Below, piece after piece: positions 1 to 9,639 of a DNA stretch of 60,584 nt; position 1 is the first letter of the stretch; every line of letters starts with the position of its first letter. The stretch spans positions 1 to 60,584 of the forward strand of contig JASKKI010000006.1 of NCBI GenBank assembly GCA_030154225.1, written 5' to 3'. The notes beneath the pieces were generated by a model. That model was not told where the DNA came from and did not search any database. It saw only the letters and a program-made list of their open reading frames with translations. The position numbers and the translations under genes were made by a program. The stretch comes from Clostridia bacterium. Lineage in GTDB: Bacteria > Bacillota > Peptococcia > Peptococcales > BICA1-8.

Positions 1-102
1 CTGAGGTCCATTATCGGTTCTTATTACTGGTAGTTTCTGACCCGGTTTTAAGCCCCGTTTTTTCAGGGCATTTTCTAGTACACGGCCTGCATCCTTTGCG
101 AT
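1..102 (-). mobile_element. IS3-family transposase (OrfB, rve/DDE core) fragment, runs off the window edge
   Basis: Minus strand translates ...IAKDAGRVLENALKKRGLKPGQKLPVIRTDNGPQ; (I)RTDNGPQ is the second-D motif of IS3-type DDE transposases. Similarity is lost upstream of ~102, so it is truncated. Confidence 0.75.
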
Positions 103-138
103 TGCATATCTCGCGAACAATGAGGTTTTACGTATCAA

Positions 139-192
139 CGTTCCATTATTAATGACTTTCCATAACCACGATAATGTAACGCTTTACATTAT
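139..192. repeat. Array of four 11-bp tyrosine-recombinase-like binding motifs, including a dif-like 11-6-11 core
   Basis: CGTTCCATTAT (139-149), CTTTCCATAAC (156-166), ATAATGTAACG (171-181, inverted) and CTTTACATTAT (182-192). ACTTTCCATAA-CCACGA-TAATGTAACGC (155-182) has Xer/dif geometry. Confidence 0.5.
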
Positions 193-194
193 AG

Positions 195-684
195 GAAAAG
201 TATATAGGAATTTTAAAAGCCAACCGCTGGGGTACAGCTTTTATGTTGCTCCTAGATACCGGTACTATGTCAAGGGAAGCTCCTTGCCCTCCGCTGGATG
301 GATATAGACCAGGATAAAAGTGTGCTGCACGTTCGTCAGGCAATGGCTAGAACTAAAGAACAAGGGCTAATATTTGAAGAACCCAAGACTGCAAAATTGA
401 AACGTACGGTTCCGATGCCCGGGGAAACACTAGACTTAATAAAAAAACACCATGTTCAGCAAAAACAGGTAAAGCTGAAAAATGGTGCAAAATTTTTAAA
501 AAAAGATTTAGTTTTTTATGCAACCAGGTTATTAGAAGCAGGAGAAAGTCTAAAGGTTGTCCAAGAACTTCTGGGACATACTACTATTTCAACCACCGGT
601 AATACATATGCCCATGTGTCTATGGATTTAATACAAGGTGCAACAGAAAAAATAAACTCACTTTTAAAGAAAAAAACCTTCTAA
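195..684 (+). pseudogene. Phage/ICE-type tyrosine integrase remnant (C-terminal part, frameshifted and internally deleted)
   Basis: 195-263 reads EKYIGILKANRWGTAFMLLLDTG; after a +1 shift at 264 it reads LCQGKLLALRWMDID (decayed TGLRxGELLALRWxDID), then PKT..., and DLVF fused directly to YATRLLEAGESLKVVQELLGHTTISTTGNTYAHV. The HxLRH box is missing. It converges on the tRNA 3' end. Confidence 0.85.
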
Positions 685-754
685 AAAATGCGGTTGCAGT
701 AAATGGTGAAAAATAAAAGGATCGGTATTTAATACCAACCCCTTGATATTACAA

Positions 755-831
755 TGGTCGGAGCGACTGGATTTGAACCAGCGGCCTCTACCACCCCAAG
801 GTAGCGCTCTACCAAGCTGAGCCACGCCCCG
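755..831 (-). tRNA. tRNA-Pro (GGG anticodon), CCA encoded
   Basis: Reverse complement CGGGGCGTGGCTCAGCTTGGTAGAGCGCTACCTTGGGGTGGTAGAGGCCGCTGGTTCAAATCCAGTCGCTCCGACCA: 77-nt cloverleaf, anticodon stem CTACC/GGTAG with loop TTGGGGT, TTCAAAT T-loop. Confidence 0.97.
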
Positions 832-848
832 ACTGACTGACGAAGAAT

Positions 849-877
849 ATCATATCAAATTCTAAAATTAATGTCAA
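849..877 (-). promoter_or_regulatory. SigA-type promoter of tRNA-Pro
   Basis: TTGACA-17 bp-TATGAT immediately upstream of the tRNA. Confidence 0.8.
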
Positions 878-880
878 GGG

Positions 881-2125
881 TTAGGCTAATGTTTTATTTT
901 GCTGTTGATCAGTAATTTTATCCAATTCAAACCCTTCATGAAGAACTTGAACCGCTTTCGAAACATCTTTGGTTTTAATAATACAGGAAACTTTTATCTC
1001 CGAAGTGCTAATCATTTCTATATTAATGTTTTCCCTTGCTAAAATATTAAACATTTTCGCAGCAACACCGGGAGAACTAATCATACCGGCACCTACAATT
1101 GAAATCTTAGCAACATCGTCGTCAAAAACAATTTCGGAGATGTCAATTTCTTTGGCAACATTATTAGCTATTTCCAGGGCTTTATCCAAGTCATCCTTAG
1201 GAATTGTAAAAGCGATATCATTTATATTATTACGCATGGCACTTTGGATAATCATATCTATATTAATATTGGCTTTAGCTAGGGCATTAAAGATGATACT
1301 AGCAATACCAGGCTGGTCAGGAACATCGAATAACCCTATCTTTGCAACATTTAAGTCATGGGCTATACCTGTTACCACCACTTCTTTTTCCATTAGAGTG
1401 TTTTCCACTACCAGAGTTCCCTCCTTATTAATAAAACTGGATCTTACACAAAGGGGTACATTGTATAATTTAGCTAATTCTACCGAGCGAGGATGAAGTA
1501 CTTTGGCACCTAAACTAGCCAATTCTAACATTTCATCATAAGAAATCCTTTTTAATTTACTGGCATTAGTGACAATTCTAGGATCTGCTGTATATACACC
1601 TTCTACATCGGTATATATTTCGCAAAGGTCTGCACCTAAAGCAGCAGCTAAAGCAACGGCAGTAGTATCAGATCCCCCTCTACCTAATGTGGTTATTTCA
1701 TTTTCAGGGGTTTTCCCCTGAAATCCTGCTACAATTACAACTTTATTTTCACTAAGTACTGTATCTATTCTATTTGTTTTAATTTCCTTAATTCTTGCTT
1801 TAGTATGAACATTATCGGTAATAATACCAACCTGTGGTCCTGTGAAAGAAATAACTGGTACATTAATGGCATCCAAGGCCATAGCCAGTAAAGCTATGGA
1901 TACCTGTTCACCAGTAGCTAGCAACATATCCATCTCTCTACTAGAAGGTTTTGGATTTATTTGTTTAGCTAAGGAAATCAATTCATCAGTTGTATCACCT
2001 AAAGCAGAAACTACTACTACTATTTTATTATTAGTACGATTTTTAGCTATATTTAAAGCCACATTCTTAATCCGCTCTACATTAGCAACTGAACTTCCGC
2101 CATATTTTTGAACTATAAGAGCCAT
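881..2125 (-). CDS. lysC: Aspartate kinase
   Basis: QKYGGSSV start, TLGRGGSDTTA, YTDVEGVYTADPR, C-terminal ACT domains with STSEIKVS. Confidence 0.95.
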   Translation of the reverse strand: MALIVQKYGGSSVANVERIKNVALNIAKNRTNNKIVVVVSALGDTTDELISLAKQINPKPSSREMDMLLATGEQVSIALLAMALDAINVPVISFTGPQVGIITDNVHTKARIKEIKTNRIDTVLSENKVVIVAGFQGKTPENEITTLGRGGSDTTAVALAAALGADLCEIYTDVEGVYTADPRIVTNASKLKRISYDEMLELASLGAKVLHPRSVELAKLYNVPLCVRSSFINKEGTLVVENTLMEKEVVVTGIAHDLNVAKIGLFDVPDQPGIASIIFNALAKANINIDMIIQSAMRNNINDIAFTIPKDDLDKALEIANNVAKEIDISEIVFDDDVAKISIVGAGMISSPGVAAKMFNILARENINIEMISTSEIKVSCIIKTKDVSKAVQVLHEGFELDKITDQQQNKTLA

Positions 2126-2139
2126 TTTTACCCCCCTGT

Positions 2140-3039
2140 CTAATCTAAAATTTTAGCACCTTCTTCTACCGGTTCTAAATTAATAAGTCTAGAGTTAATT
2201 CCATACTGACCTATTACATCCAGCAATTGAGGTAAATTATCAGTTTCTTCTTTCTTATGAAAAACTATTATGGAAGGTCCTGCTCCACTAATAGCAATAC
2301 CTAAGATATTTAATTCTTTTGCCTTTTTAAAGACATCACTTAACCCGGGAATCAACTGTTTTCTATATGGTTGGTGTAACTTATCATCTATAGCCAATTT
2401 TAACAATTCTAAATCGCCGGAATTTATTGCATGTACAAAAAATGCCATTCTTCCAATATTAAACACAGCATCTTTTAAAGGGATAGAAGTTGGCAATATT
2501 TCTCTAGCTTTTTGGGTAGAAAGTTCATAATCAGGAATTAATAATGAACAACTCAATGTTTTAGGAGGATTCATTTTTTTATAAATAATTTTTTGACCAT
2601 TAACTGTACAAATAACAATTCCCCCTAATAATGCTGGAGCAATATTATCAGGATGACCTTCAAAACCAGCTGCCAGGTCCAGTAATTGACTTTCATCTAG
2701 TATATTATCTAGTAAATAATTTGCTGCCATTAATCCTCCAATTATGGCTGCGGAACTACTTCCAAGTCCTCGAGATAAAGGTATATTGTTTTTAAGGCTA
2801 AATTTTATGCCTGGAATAGGCTTGCCAAGATCTAAAAAAACTTTAGAAAAAGCTTGATAAACCAGGTTAGTATTGTCCTTTTTTAGGTTTTTATCTCCTT
2901 CCCCTTTTATATCTATAGATAAATCGTTATATTTTTCCAATACTTCAAATTCAATATAATTATATAAATTTAAAGCCATTCCAACACAATCGAAACCCGG
3001 TCCTAAATTGGCACTAGTTGCCGGTACTCTTATTAGCAT
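2140..3039 (-). CDS. thrB: Homoserine kinase
   Basis: VPATSANLGPGFD, PLSRGLGSSSA (GHMP motif), EGHPDN, ISGAGPS. Start placed at MLIRVP. Confidence 0.95.
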   Translation of the reverse strand: MLIRVPATSANLGPGFDCVGMALNLYNYIEFEVLEKYNDLSIDIKGEGDKNLKKDNTNLVYQAFSKVFLDLGKPIPGIKFSLKNNIPLSRGLGSSSAAIIGGLMAANYLLDNILDESQLLDLAAGFEGHPDNIAPALLGGIVICTVNGQKIIYKKMNPPKTLSCSLLIPDYELSTQKAREILPTSIPLKDAVFNIGRMAFFVHAINSGDLELLKLAIDDKLHQPYRKQLIPGLSDVFKKAKELNILGIAISGAGPSIIVFHKKEETDNLPQLLDVIGQYGINSRLINLEPVEEGAKILD

Positions 3040-3063
3040 TAATTGTCTCATCCCTTTCAAGTT

Positions 3064-4371
3064 TTATTCTTCATCTATGGAATTTGAATATACCCTAATC
3101 AAGGCAGAAATCTCAGAAACTATCGATAAACCTTTTATGATTTGTAAAGCATCATTAATATGTTTTTCCTGAACGTAATCAGTAATTACAACTATTTCGG
3201 CCATATTCCCACTTCGATGTTTTTGAATAACCGTTGCTAAACTAACATCATGATTACCAAAAACACTGGCAATACTGGCTAATACTCCAGGTTTATCTTT
3301 GGCTTGTAATCTTAAATAATATTTAGTTTTTATCTCATTAATGTGTTTAACAGGATTATTATAAAAACAGGTACAAGCAATTCTACCTGTACAATTATTG
3401 ACAATATTTCTAGCAACATCTATAACATCACCTAAAACAGCACTAGCTGTAGGCATTTCACCGGCACCTCTACCAAAAAACATAGTTTCACCTACCGCAT
3501 TGCCTTTTACAAATACTGCGTTAAATGAATCATTAACAGCTGCTAACGGGTGATTATTAGGAATAAACATAGGATGAACCCTGGCTTCTATACCTTCTTC
3601 AGTATTCCTAGCTACGCCGATTAATTTAATTACATATCCAAGTTCTTTAGCATATGTAATATCTACTAGAGATAAATTGCTAATTCCTTGGGCATATACA
3701 TCTTTAAATGTTACCCTACTATGAAATGCTATTGAGGATAGAATTGCCAATTTCCTTGCTGCATCATAACCCTCAATGTCAGCAGTAGGGTCTGCTTCTG
3801 CATAACCAAGTTCCTGGGCTTCCAACAAAACATCATTAAAATTTACTTGCTCATTGGTCATTTTAGTCAATATATAATTTGTAGTTCCATTAATAATTCC
3901 CAGAATCTCTTCGACACTATTACCTGCTAAACACTGTTTAAGAGGTCGTATAATAGGAATTCCTCCGGCAACACTTGCTTCAAATGCTAAATCCTTAGCT
4001 TTTTTATTTGCCATTTCAAACAATTCCTTACCATGTTCCGCCAATAAATCTTTGTTGGCTGTCACTACATTTTTGCCCGCCTCTAAAGCTTCTAAAATAT
4101 AAGTCTTAGCAGGTTCAATTCCACCAATGACTTCAATGACAATTTTTATTTCATCATCATTGACAATATTTTGCCAGTCATCTGTTAGCAAACTTTTATC
4201 AATATCTATTTTTCTTTTTTTACTTATATCATTAACCAGTATTTTACTTATTTCTAACTGGCTACCAATTTTCCATAAAAAATCATCTTCTTGCTGGGTT
4301 AGTAATTTGTAAACACCTGTTCCAACTGTACCTAAACCTAATATGGCAACTTTTATTTTCTTTTCTCCCAT
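3064..4371 (-). CDS. hom: Homoserine dehydrogenase (with ACT domain)
   Basis: GLGTVG, VVTANK, FEASVAGGIP, NGTTNYIL, GYAEADPTAD, C-terminal DKPGVLA ACT domain. Confidence 0.95.
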   Translation of the reverse strand: MGEKKIKVAILGLGTVGTGVYKLLTQQEDDFLWKIGSQLEISKILVNDISKKRKIDIDKSLLTDDWQNIVNDDEIKIVIEVIGGIEPAKTYILEALEAGKNVVTANKDLLAEHGKELFEMANKKAKDLAFEASVAGGIPIIRPLKQCLAGNSVEEILGIINGTTNYILTKMTNEQVNFNDVLLEAQELGYAEADPTADIEGYDAARKLAILSSIAFHSRVTFKDVYAQGISNLSLVDITYAKELGYVIKLIGVARNTEEGIEARVHPMFIPNNHPLAAVNDSFNAVFVKGNAVGETMFFGRGAGEMPTASAVLGDVIDVARNIVNNCTGRIACTCFYNNPVKHINEIKTKYYLRLQAKDKPGVLASIASVFGNHDVSLATVIQKHRSGNMAEIVVITDYVQEKHINDALQIIKGLSIVSEISALIRVYSNSIDEE

Positions 4372-4384
4372 CAGCAACACTCCC

Positions 4385-4834
4385 TTAACTTTGACCTACT
4401 ATTTCAACCTTAATTACACCTGGAATCTTATATAAGGACTCTAATAATTCTTCAACATTTGTCTCCATTTCAACAGTGTCAATGGAAATAGATGCATAAG
4501 CTACCCCTTGTAATGGAATACCCTGGTTAATGGTTAAAATATTTCCTTTTACTACCGCAATTGAATTTAAACAATTGGATAAAATGCCCGAACGGTGTTC
4601 TAAAGTAATAGTAATAGTGATGATTTTTTCTTTACTGGCTTCATAAAAAGGGAAAACCCCATCTCTATATTTATAAAACGCACTCCTACTAAGACCTACC
4701 TTTTCCACCGCTTCATTAACTGTTTCCGCTTCCTTTTTGGCTAATAGTTCTTTTACCTTAGCCGTTTTTAAAATGGCTTCAGGTAAAATATCCTTACTTA
4801 CAATATAAAATTTGTTCTTATCTGTCCTAAACAA
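4385..4834 (-). CDS. thrR: ACT-domain transcription regulator ThrR/PheB family
   Basis: ILPEAILKT...VGLSRSAFYKYRD..FPF HTH plus ACT domain (NILTINQGIP); first gene of the thr cluster. TTG start after a GGGTGGGGG RBS. Confidence 0.85.
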   Translation of the reverse strand: MFRTDKNKFYIVSKDILPEAILKTAKVKELLAKKEAETVNEAVEKVGLSRSAFYKYRDGVFPFYEASKEKIITITITLEHRSGILSNCLNSIAVVKGNILTINQGIPLQGVAYASISIDTVEMETNVEELLESLYKIPGVIKVEIVGQS

Positions 4835-4851
4835 AAAAACCCCCACCCTTT

Positions 4852-4918
4852 TGTCCTTGTGGAATGGATAATAATCCTTATATGGTAGACATTATAACAC
4901 TGTGAAATATTTTGTCAA
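4852..4918 (-). promoter_or_regulatory. SigA promoter of thrR-hom-thrB-lysC with two tandem palindromic operator candidates
   Basis: TTGACA-16-TATAAT (4918-4891); TGTCC-N9-GGATA (4852-4870) and AATCC-N9-AGACA (4873-4891) lie just downstream of the -10. Confidence 0.65.
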
Positions 4919-4943
4919 TATATTTTTCAAAATTTTAACCAAT

Positions 4944-4968
4944 AAAAAAATCGGTCAAATGACCGATT
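4944..4968 (-). terminator. Intrinsic terminator after spoIVA
   Basis: AATCGGTC-AAAT-GACCGATT hairpin followed by a T-tract on the minus strand. Confidence 0.7.
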
Positions 4969-6445
4969 AAATTATTATGCATATTAATCCTCCACTACCC
5001 TCGTTGACAATACGTTTAATTGTTTCTTGAAGTTTAATTTGAACATTATCAGGAATTTTCTGTAATTTACCCTGGATATTTTCACGAACTAAATCATGTA
5101 GTGACTTACCAAAAATGTCATATTGCCAAATTAGTTTTGGATTTTCCTCAAATTTTTCTAACATATAGCGTACAAGATCTTCACACTGTTTTTCCGAACC
5201 CATAAGTGGAGTTATTTCTGTTGTAATATCAGTTCTAATAATATGCAAAGTAGGAGCACTTGCTTTTAATTTAACTCCGAAACTACCACCTTTTTTAATT
5301 AATTCTGGTTCTTCTAGTTTCATCTCTGATAAAACGGGGGGAACCATTCCATATCCTTTTTCATTTACATCTCGTAAGGCATTTTCCATTTTATCATATT
5401 CCCTTTTGGCAATGGCAAAAACTTTGGAAACTTTAAGGATATCATGTAAACCTTCTACTTCTTCACCACTAATTTCCCTAAATACCCTGTAGAATAGTTG
5501 ATCATCTGCTGACATTTCAATATGAGCTACACCTGTTCCCATATCCATATTTTCCAATACAACATCTTTAACAAAATCATAAGCCGCTAAAGTCTCAATT
5601 GTTCCGTCTATATCCCTTAATCTTTTAACTTCACTAATAGTGGAATGAACGGCATCTTCAAATTGAGCCCTTAACCAGTGTTCACTTTCTAGTTCTTCTA
5701 CCCATTTAGGTAAACTAATGTTTACCTCAGTAACAGGAAACTCAAATAATACTTCCTCTAATATTTGCATAATAGCTTGTTCATTCATTTTAGCAATATT
5801 TACAGATATTACCGGTACGTCATATGTTACTTCCAATTCACGAGCTAATTCTAAGGTTTCAATAGCATCAGGAGTTTTAGTATTTAATAAAACTATAAAA
5901 GGTTTATTGAGTTCTTTTAATTCTTCAACAACCCTCTGTTCAGCATTTACGTAGTTTTCCCTTGGTATATCAGTTATTGTTCCATCAGTAGTAATCACTA
6001 ATCCAATTGTAGAATGGTCTGTAATAACCTTTCTGGTACCCAATTCTGCAGCATCTTCAAAAGGCATTGGATCTTCTGCCCATGGTGTTCTCACCATTCT
6101 TGGACCTTCTGCTTCTACATATCCTAATGCACCTTCTACAGTATAGCCAACACAATCAACTAATCTAATTTTTGCATTTATTCCTTCTCTGATTTGGATT
6201 TCTATTGCTTCGTCTGGAACAAATTTAGGTTCTGTTGTCATTATTGTTTTTCCTGCTCCACTTTGTGGTAGTGCATCTGTTGTTTTTTCCTTATCATAAT
6301 CATCTTCAATTCTAGGTAATACCAGTAAGTCCATGAAACGTTTTATAAATGTTGATTTTCCTGTTCTTACTGGACCTACAGCGGAAATATATATATTACC
6401 GCCAGTTCGATTAGCAATATCTTGAAAAACATCAAAATTCTCCAT
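4967..6445 (-). CDS. spoIVA: Stage IV sporulation protein A (coat morphogenetic ATPase)
   Basis: GPVRTGKSTFIKRF, LPQSGAGKTIMTTEPKFVP, C-terminal NEGSGGLICIII; 492 aa. Confidence 0.98.
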   Translation of the reverse strand: MENFDVFQDIANRTGGNIYISAVGPVRTGKSTFIKRFMDLLVLPRIEDDYDKEKTTDALPQSGAGKTIMTTEPKFVPDEAIEIQIREGINAKIRLVDCVGYTVEGALGYVEAEGPRMVRTPWAEDPMPFEDAAELGTRKVITDHSTIGLVITTDGTITDIPRENYVNAEQRVVEELKELNKPFIVLLNTKTPDAIETLELARELEVTYDVPVISVNIAKMNEQAIMQILEEVLFEFPVTEVNISLPKWVEELESEHWLRAQFEDAVHSTISEVKRLRDIDGTIETLAAYDFVKDVVLENMDMGTGVAHIEMSADDQLFYRVFREISGEEVEGLHDILKVSKVFAIAKREYDKMENALRDVNEKGYGMVPPVLSEMKLEEPELIKKGGSFGVKLKASAPTLHIIRTDITTEITPLMGSEKQCEDLVRYMLEKFEENPKLIWQYDIFGKSLHDLVRENIQGKLQKIPDNVQIKLQETIKRIVNEGSGGLICIII

Positions 6446-6597
6446 CTAACATTGTCCCTCCCTTATAAATTTAATTGAACGAAAATTAAATACTAATAAA
6501 AACTGTTACATCCCTCCCCTTGACTAATTGATTAAACATTAAAGACAAATAATTATATAAAAATGGCTTACCTAATTGGCACTCTTTAACAATACTA

Positions 6598-6625
6598 TAT
6601 ATATGTCCTATCCATTTGATTATTA
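6598..6625 (-). promoter_or_regulatory. SigE-like promoter of spoIVA
   Basis: TAATAAT-13-CATATATA upstream of spoIVA, a known sigma-E gene. Confidence 0.55.
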
Positions 6626-6637
6626 CAGCCCAAAATA

Positions 6638-6663
6638 AAAAAATGGCACTTTGGCCATTTTTT
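6638..6663 (-). terminator. Terminator after gpsA
   Basis: AAAATGGC-N5-GCCATTTT hairpin with A/T tails. Confidence 0.6.
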
Positions 6664-7691
6664 TACCATTGCTCTTGATTATCTACTATTTCTTCCATTT
6701 CATGAGTTTTAATTCTGGTCATTAAATTAACCACTCCTTCGGAAGGGGTTATTCCATTGAATAAAACATTATTTACTTCATAAGCTATCGGTAACTCAAC
6801 ATTAAATTTTTTACCGAGTAATACAGCGGCTTTTGTCGTCCTAACACCTTCAACAACCATACCCATTTCCTCTAATACTGTATCCAACTCTTTACCCTGT
6901 CCTAAAGCCATTCCGGCTCTTCTATTTCGGCTATGCATACTAGTACAGGTAACAACAAGGTCTCCTATTCCTGTTAAACCTGCAAAGGTCAATGGATTGG
7001 CTCCCATTTTTACACCTAACCTGGCTATTTCAGTCATACCCCGGGTTATTAATGCTGCTTTTGTATTATCTCCATAACCCAAACCATCGGCAATACCTGT
7101 AGCTAAAGCAATAACATTTTTCATGGCTCCACCAATTTCCACCCCAACTACATCAGGATTAGTATAAACTCGAAATTTAGGAGTCATAAAAATATCTTGA
7201 ACTTTTTCCGCAACCTCACGTTTAGTAGAAGCTGCAACTACTGCAGTGGGCATGTCCCTTCCTACTTCTTCAGCATGACTGGGGCCGGAAAGAACAGAAA
7301 ATCTTGATTTTATCCCGGGAATTTCATCTTCAAAAACTTCACTCAATCTCATTAACGTATTAGGTTCTATACCTTTGGCAGTATTAATTAAAATCATTTC
7401 GGGGATTATTAAAGATTTAATCTGCCCAAGGATTTCCCGTATAGCATGGGAAGGAACAGCAAAAACAATATAACTAGTATTAGCTAGTACTTCCTCTATG
7501 TTAATTGAAACATTAATATTATGAGGTAAGACCACACCTGGTAAATATTTTATGTTTTCTCTGGTTTTTACTAACTGTACTGCCTGTCCCTGATCTCTAC
7601 ACCATAATTTTACATTAAAACCTTTTTTAGCCAAAGTTACAGCTAGAGCAGTTCCCCAACTACCTGCACCTAAAATCCCTATTTCTTTCAT
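6663..7691 (-). CDS. gpsA: NAD(P)H-dependent glycerol-3-phosphate dehydrogenase
   Basis: GAGSWGTALA, SGPSHAEEV, GGAMKNVIA, GDLVVTCTSMHSRN. Confidence 0.97.
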   Translation of the reverse strand: MKEIGILGAGSWGTALAVTLAKKGFNVKLWCRDQGQAVQLVKTRENIKYLPGVVLPHNINVSINIEEVLANTSYIVFAVPSHAIREILGQIKSLIIPEMILINTAKGIEPNTLMRLSEVFEDEIPGIKSRFSVLSGPSHAEEVGRDMPTAVVAASTKREVAEKVQDIFMTPKFRVYTNPDVVGVEIGGAMKNVIALATGIADGLGYGDNTKAALITRGMTEIARLGVKMGANPLTFAGLTGIGDLVVTCTSMHSRNRRAGMALGQGKELDTVLEEMGMVVEGVRTTKAAVLLGKKFNVELPIAYEVNNVLFNGITPSEGVVNLMTRIKTHEMEEIVDNQEQW

Positions 7692-8295
7692 CCTCTTCCT
7701 CCCTTTGGAGATTTATTTTATTACCAATCTTATTTTCGTTACCCTGCATTAGCCTTTTAATATTAGCCCAATGTCTGATAATTACAATACTTGCCCCTGT
7801 AAATGCAAATATTATATATGGTTGAGGTTTATCAAATAGATACATTGCTATGGGAACAAAGAAAGCAGCAGTAATAGAACCTAAAGATACATATCTAGTT
7901 AATATAACAACAATAAACCAGATCAAAACAGCGAGAAATGTTATTTTAAACGTCATAAATAAAATAATTCCAAAACCGGTGGCAACACCTCTACCACCTT
8001 TAAATTTTAATGTGAATGGCCAATTATGACCCACCATTGCCGCTAATGCTCCCAAAACAGCTAAACTTTCACTTCCTATATTAAACCCGTACCAGGTAGA
8101 AATATACCCTTTTAGAGCATCAAAAAACAGAACAAAAGCTGCTGGTCCAAAGCCAATAACTCTCATTACATTGGTAAAACCGATATTACCACTACCATAA
8201 TTCCTAATATCAAGCTTATATAGCTTTCCTGCCAGATAACCAAAAGGTATAGAACCCAGTAAATAGCCCACAAACAATACTTTTAACCACTCCAC
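7660..8295 (-). CDS. plsY: Acyl-phosphate:glycerol-3-phosphate acyltransferase
   Basis: YLLGSIPFG, GSGNIGFTN, GHNWP..FKGGRGVAT, RHWANIKRL. Confidence 0.95.
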   Translation of the reverse strand: MEWLKVLFVGYLLGSIPFGYLAGKLYKLDIRNYGSGNIGFTNVMRVIGFGPAAFVLFFDALKGYISTWYGFNIGSESLAVLGALAAMVGHNWPFTLKFKGGRGVATGFGIILFMTFKITFLAVLIWFIVVILTRYVSLGSITAAFFVPIAMYLFDKPQPYIIFAFTGASIVIIRHWANIKRLMQGNENKIGNKINLQREEEDERNRDFRCR

Positions 8296-8311
8296 ATTCC
8301 CCGCCCCCTAA

Positions 8312-9625
8312 TCATTCAGCTCTTTTTTTAATTATAAACCTGATAGGTGTACCTTCAAAACCAAAATTTTCCCTAATCTTATTTTCCAGATACCTTTCAT
8401 AGGAAAAATGTAAAATTTCCGGTTCATTAACAAAAATTATAAAAGTAGGTGGCTTTACCCCTGTCTGGGTAGCATAGAGAATTTTTAGTCTTTTACCTTT
8501 TTCTGAAGGAGGTGGATTAAGTTGAACTGCTTCATTAATTATTTGATTTAAAATACTGGTACTTACACGATAAGAATGTTGTTGGGCAACAAAATCAACT
8601 AATTCTAATATTTTAGGAATCCTTTGCTTAGTTAATGCGGAAACAAAAATAATAGGTGCATATTGTAAAAATAATAGTTCATTACGTACTGTTTTTTCAA
8701 ATCGGTGTAAAGTTTTATCATCTTTTTCAATTAAATCCCATTTATTAATCACCAGAACACATGCTTTTCCCTGTTCATGGGCATAACCGACAATTTTTTT
8801 GTCCTGTTCCGTTACACCATCAATAGCATTTAATACCATTATGACCACATCTGAACGATCAATAGCACGTAAAGATCGGATGACACTATACCGTTCAGTA
8901 GGATCGGAAATCTTACTTCTCCTACGCATACCTGCAGTATCAATAATTACATATTCCTGATTATTTCTTGAAAAGGGGGTGTCTATGGCATCTCTGGTAG
9001 TTCCGGGAATGTCACTGACAATTACCCGCTCTTGTCCTAAAATTACATTTACTAAAGATGATTTACCAACATTAGGCCTACCCACAACGGCAATTTTTAT
9101 GGTGTCAGGATCATATGGTTCTTGAAGATTTTCAGGAAATAATTCAACTACTTTATCCAATAAGTCTCCTGTATTCATGCCATGGATAGCAGAAATAGGG
9201 TTGGGTTCTCCCAGACCTAATTGATAAAAATCAAAAAAAATAGTCGGATCATGATATTCTTCAATTTTATTTACTACCAGTAATACATCCTTTTTTGTTT
9301 TTCTCAACATTTGAGCAACTTCCTGGTCATCAACAGTAATACCGATTTTACCATCGACAACAAATAGTATCACATCAGCCTCTTCAATGGCTATTTGAGC
9401 TTGATTTTTTATTTTATCTAAAAAAGCATCTTCTTTACCTGTTTCAATACCACCTGTATCTATAACCGTGAAATAGCGACCTTTCCATTCGGCATCTTTA
9501 TATAATCTATCTCTAGTGACACCAGGTGTATCCTCAATTATTGCTGTTCTTCCCCCCGTTAATCTGTTAAACAAGGTTGATTTACCAACATTAGGTCTAC
9601 CTACTATAGCAACTATTGGTTTCAA
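8312..9625 (-). CDS. der: Ribosome biogenesis GTPase Der
   Basis: Two GRPNVGKS G-domains, DTGG/DTAG, C-terminal KH-like domain (GFEGTPI). Confidence 0.98.
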   Translation of the reverse strand: MKPIVAIVGRPNVGKSTLFNRLTGGRTAIIEDTPGVTRDRLYKDAEWKGRYFTVIDTGGIETGKEDAFLDKIKNQAQIAIEEADVILFVVDGKIGITVDDQEVAQMLRKTKKDVLLVVNKIEEYHDPTIFFDFYQLGLGEPNPISAIHGMNTGDLLDKVVELFPENLQEPYDPDTIKIAVVGRPNVGKSSLVNVILGQERVIVSDIPGTTRDAIDTPFSRNNQEYVIIDTAGMRRRSKISDPTERYSVIRSLRAIDRSDVVIMVLNAIDGVTEQDKKIVGYAHEQGKACVLVINKWDLIEKDDKTLHRFEKTVRNELLFLQYAPIIFVSALTKQRIPKILELVDFVAQQHSYRVSTSILNQIINEAVQLNPPPSEKGKRLKILYATQTGVKPPTFIIFVNEPEILHFSYERYLENKIRENFGFEGTPIRFIIKKRAE

Positions 9626-9639
9626 AAAAATCACTCCAT

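Noticed and set aside
155-182. Calling this the chromosomal dif site
   Set aside because: Spacer and right arm deviate from the firmicute dif consensus, and it sits within mobile-element debris; kept only as dif-like.
149-343. 64-aa minus-strand ORF
   Set aside because: Antisense to the integrase remnant; no supporting signals.
4900-4936. Possible Rex or CodY boxes near the thrR promoter
   Set aside because: About four mismatches to consensus in AT-rich DNA; not distinguishable from chance.
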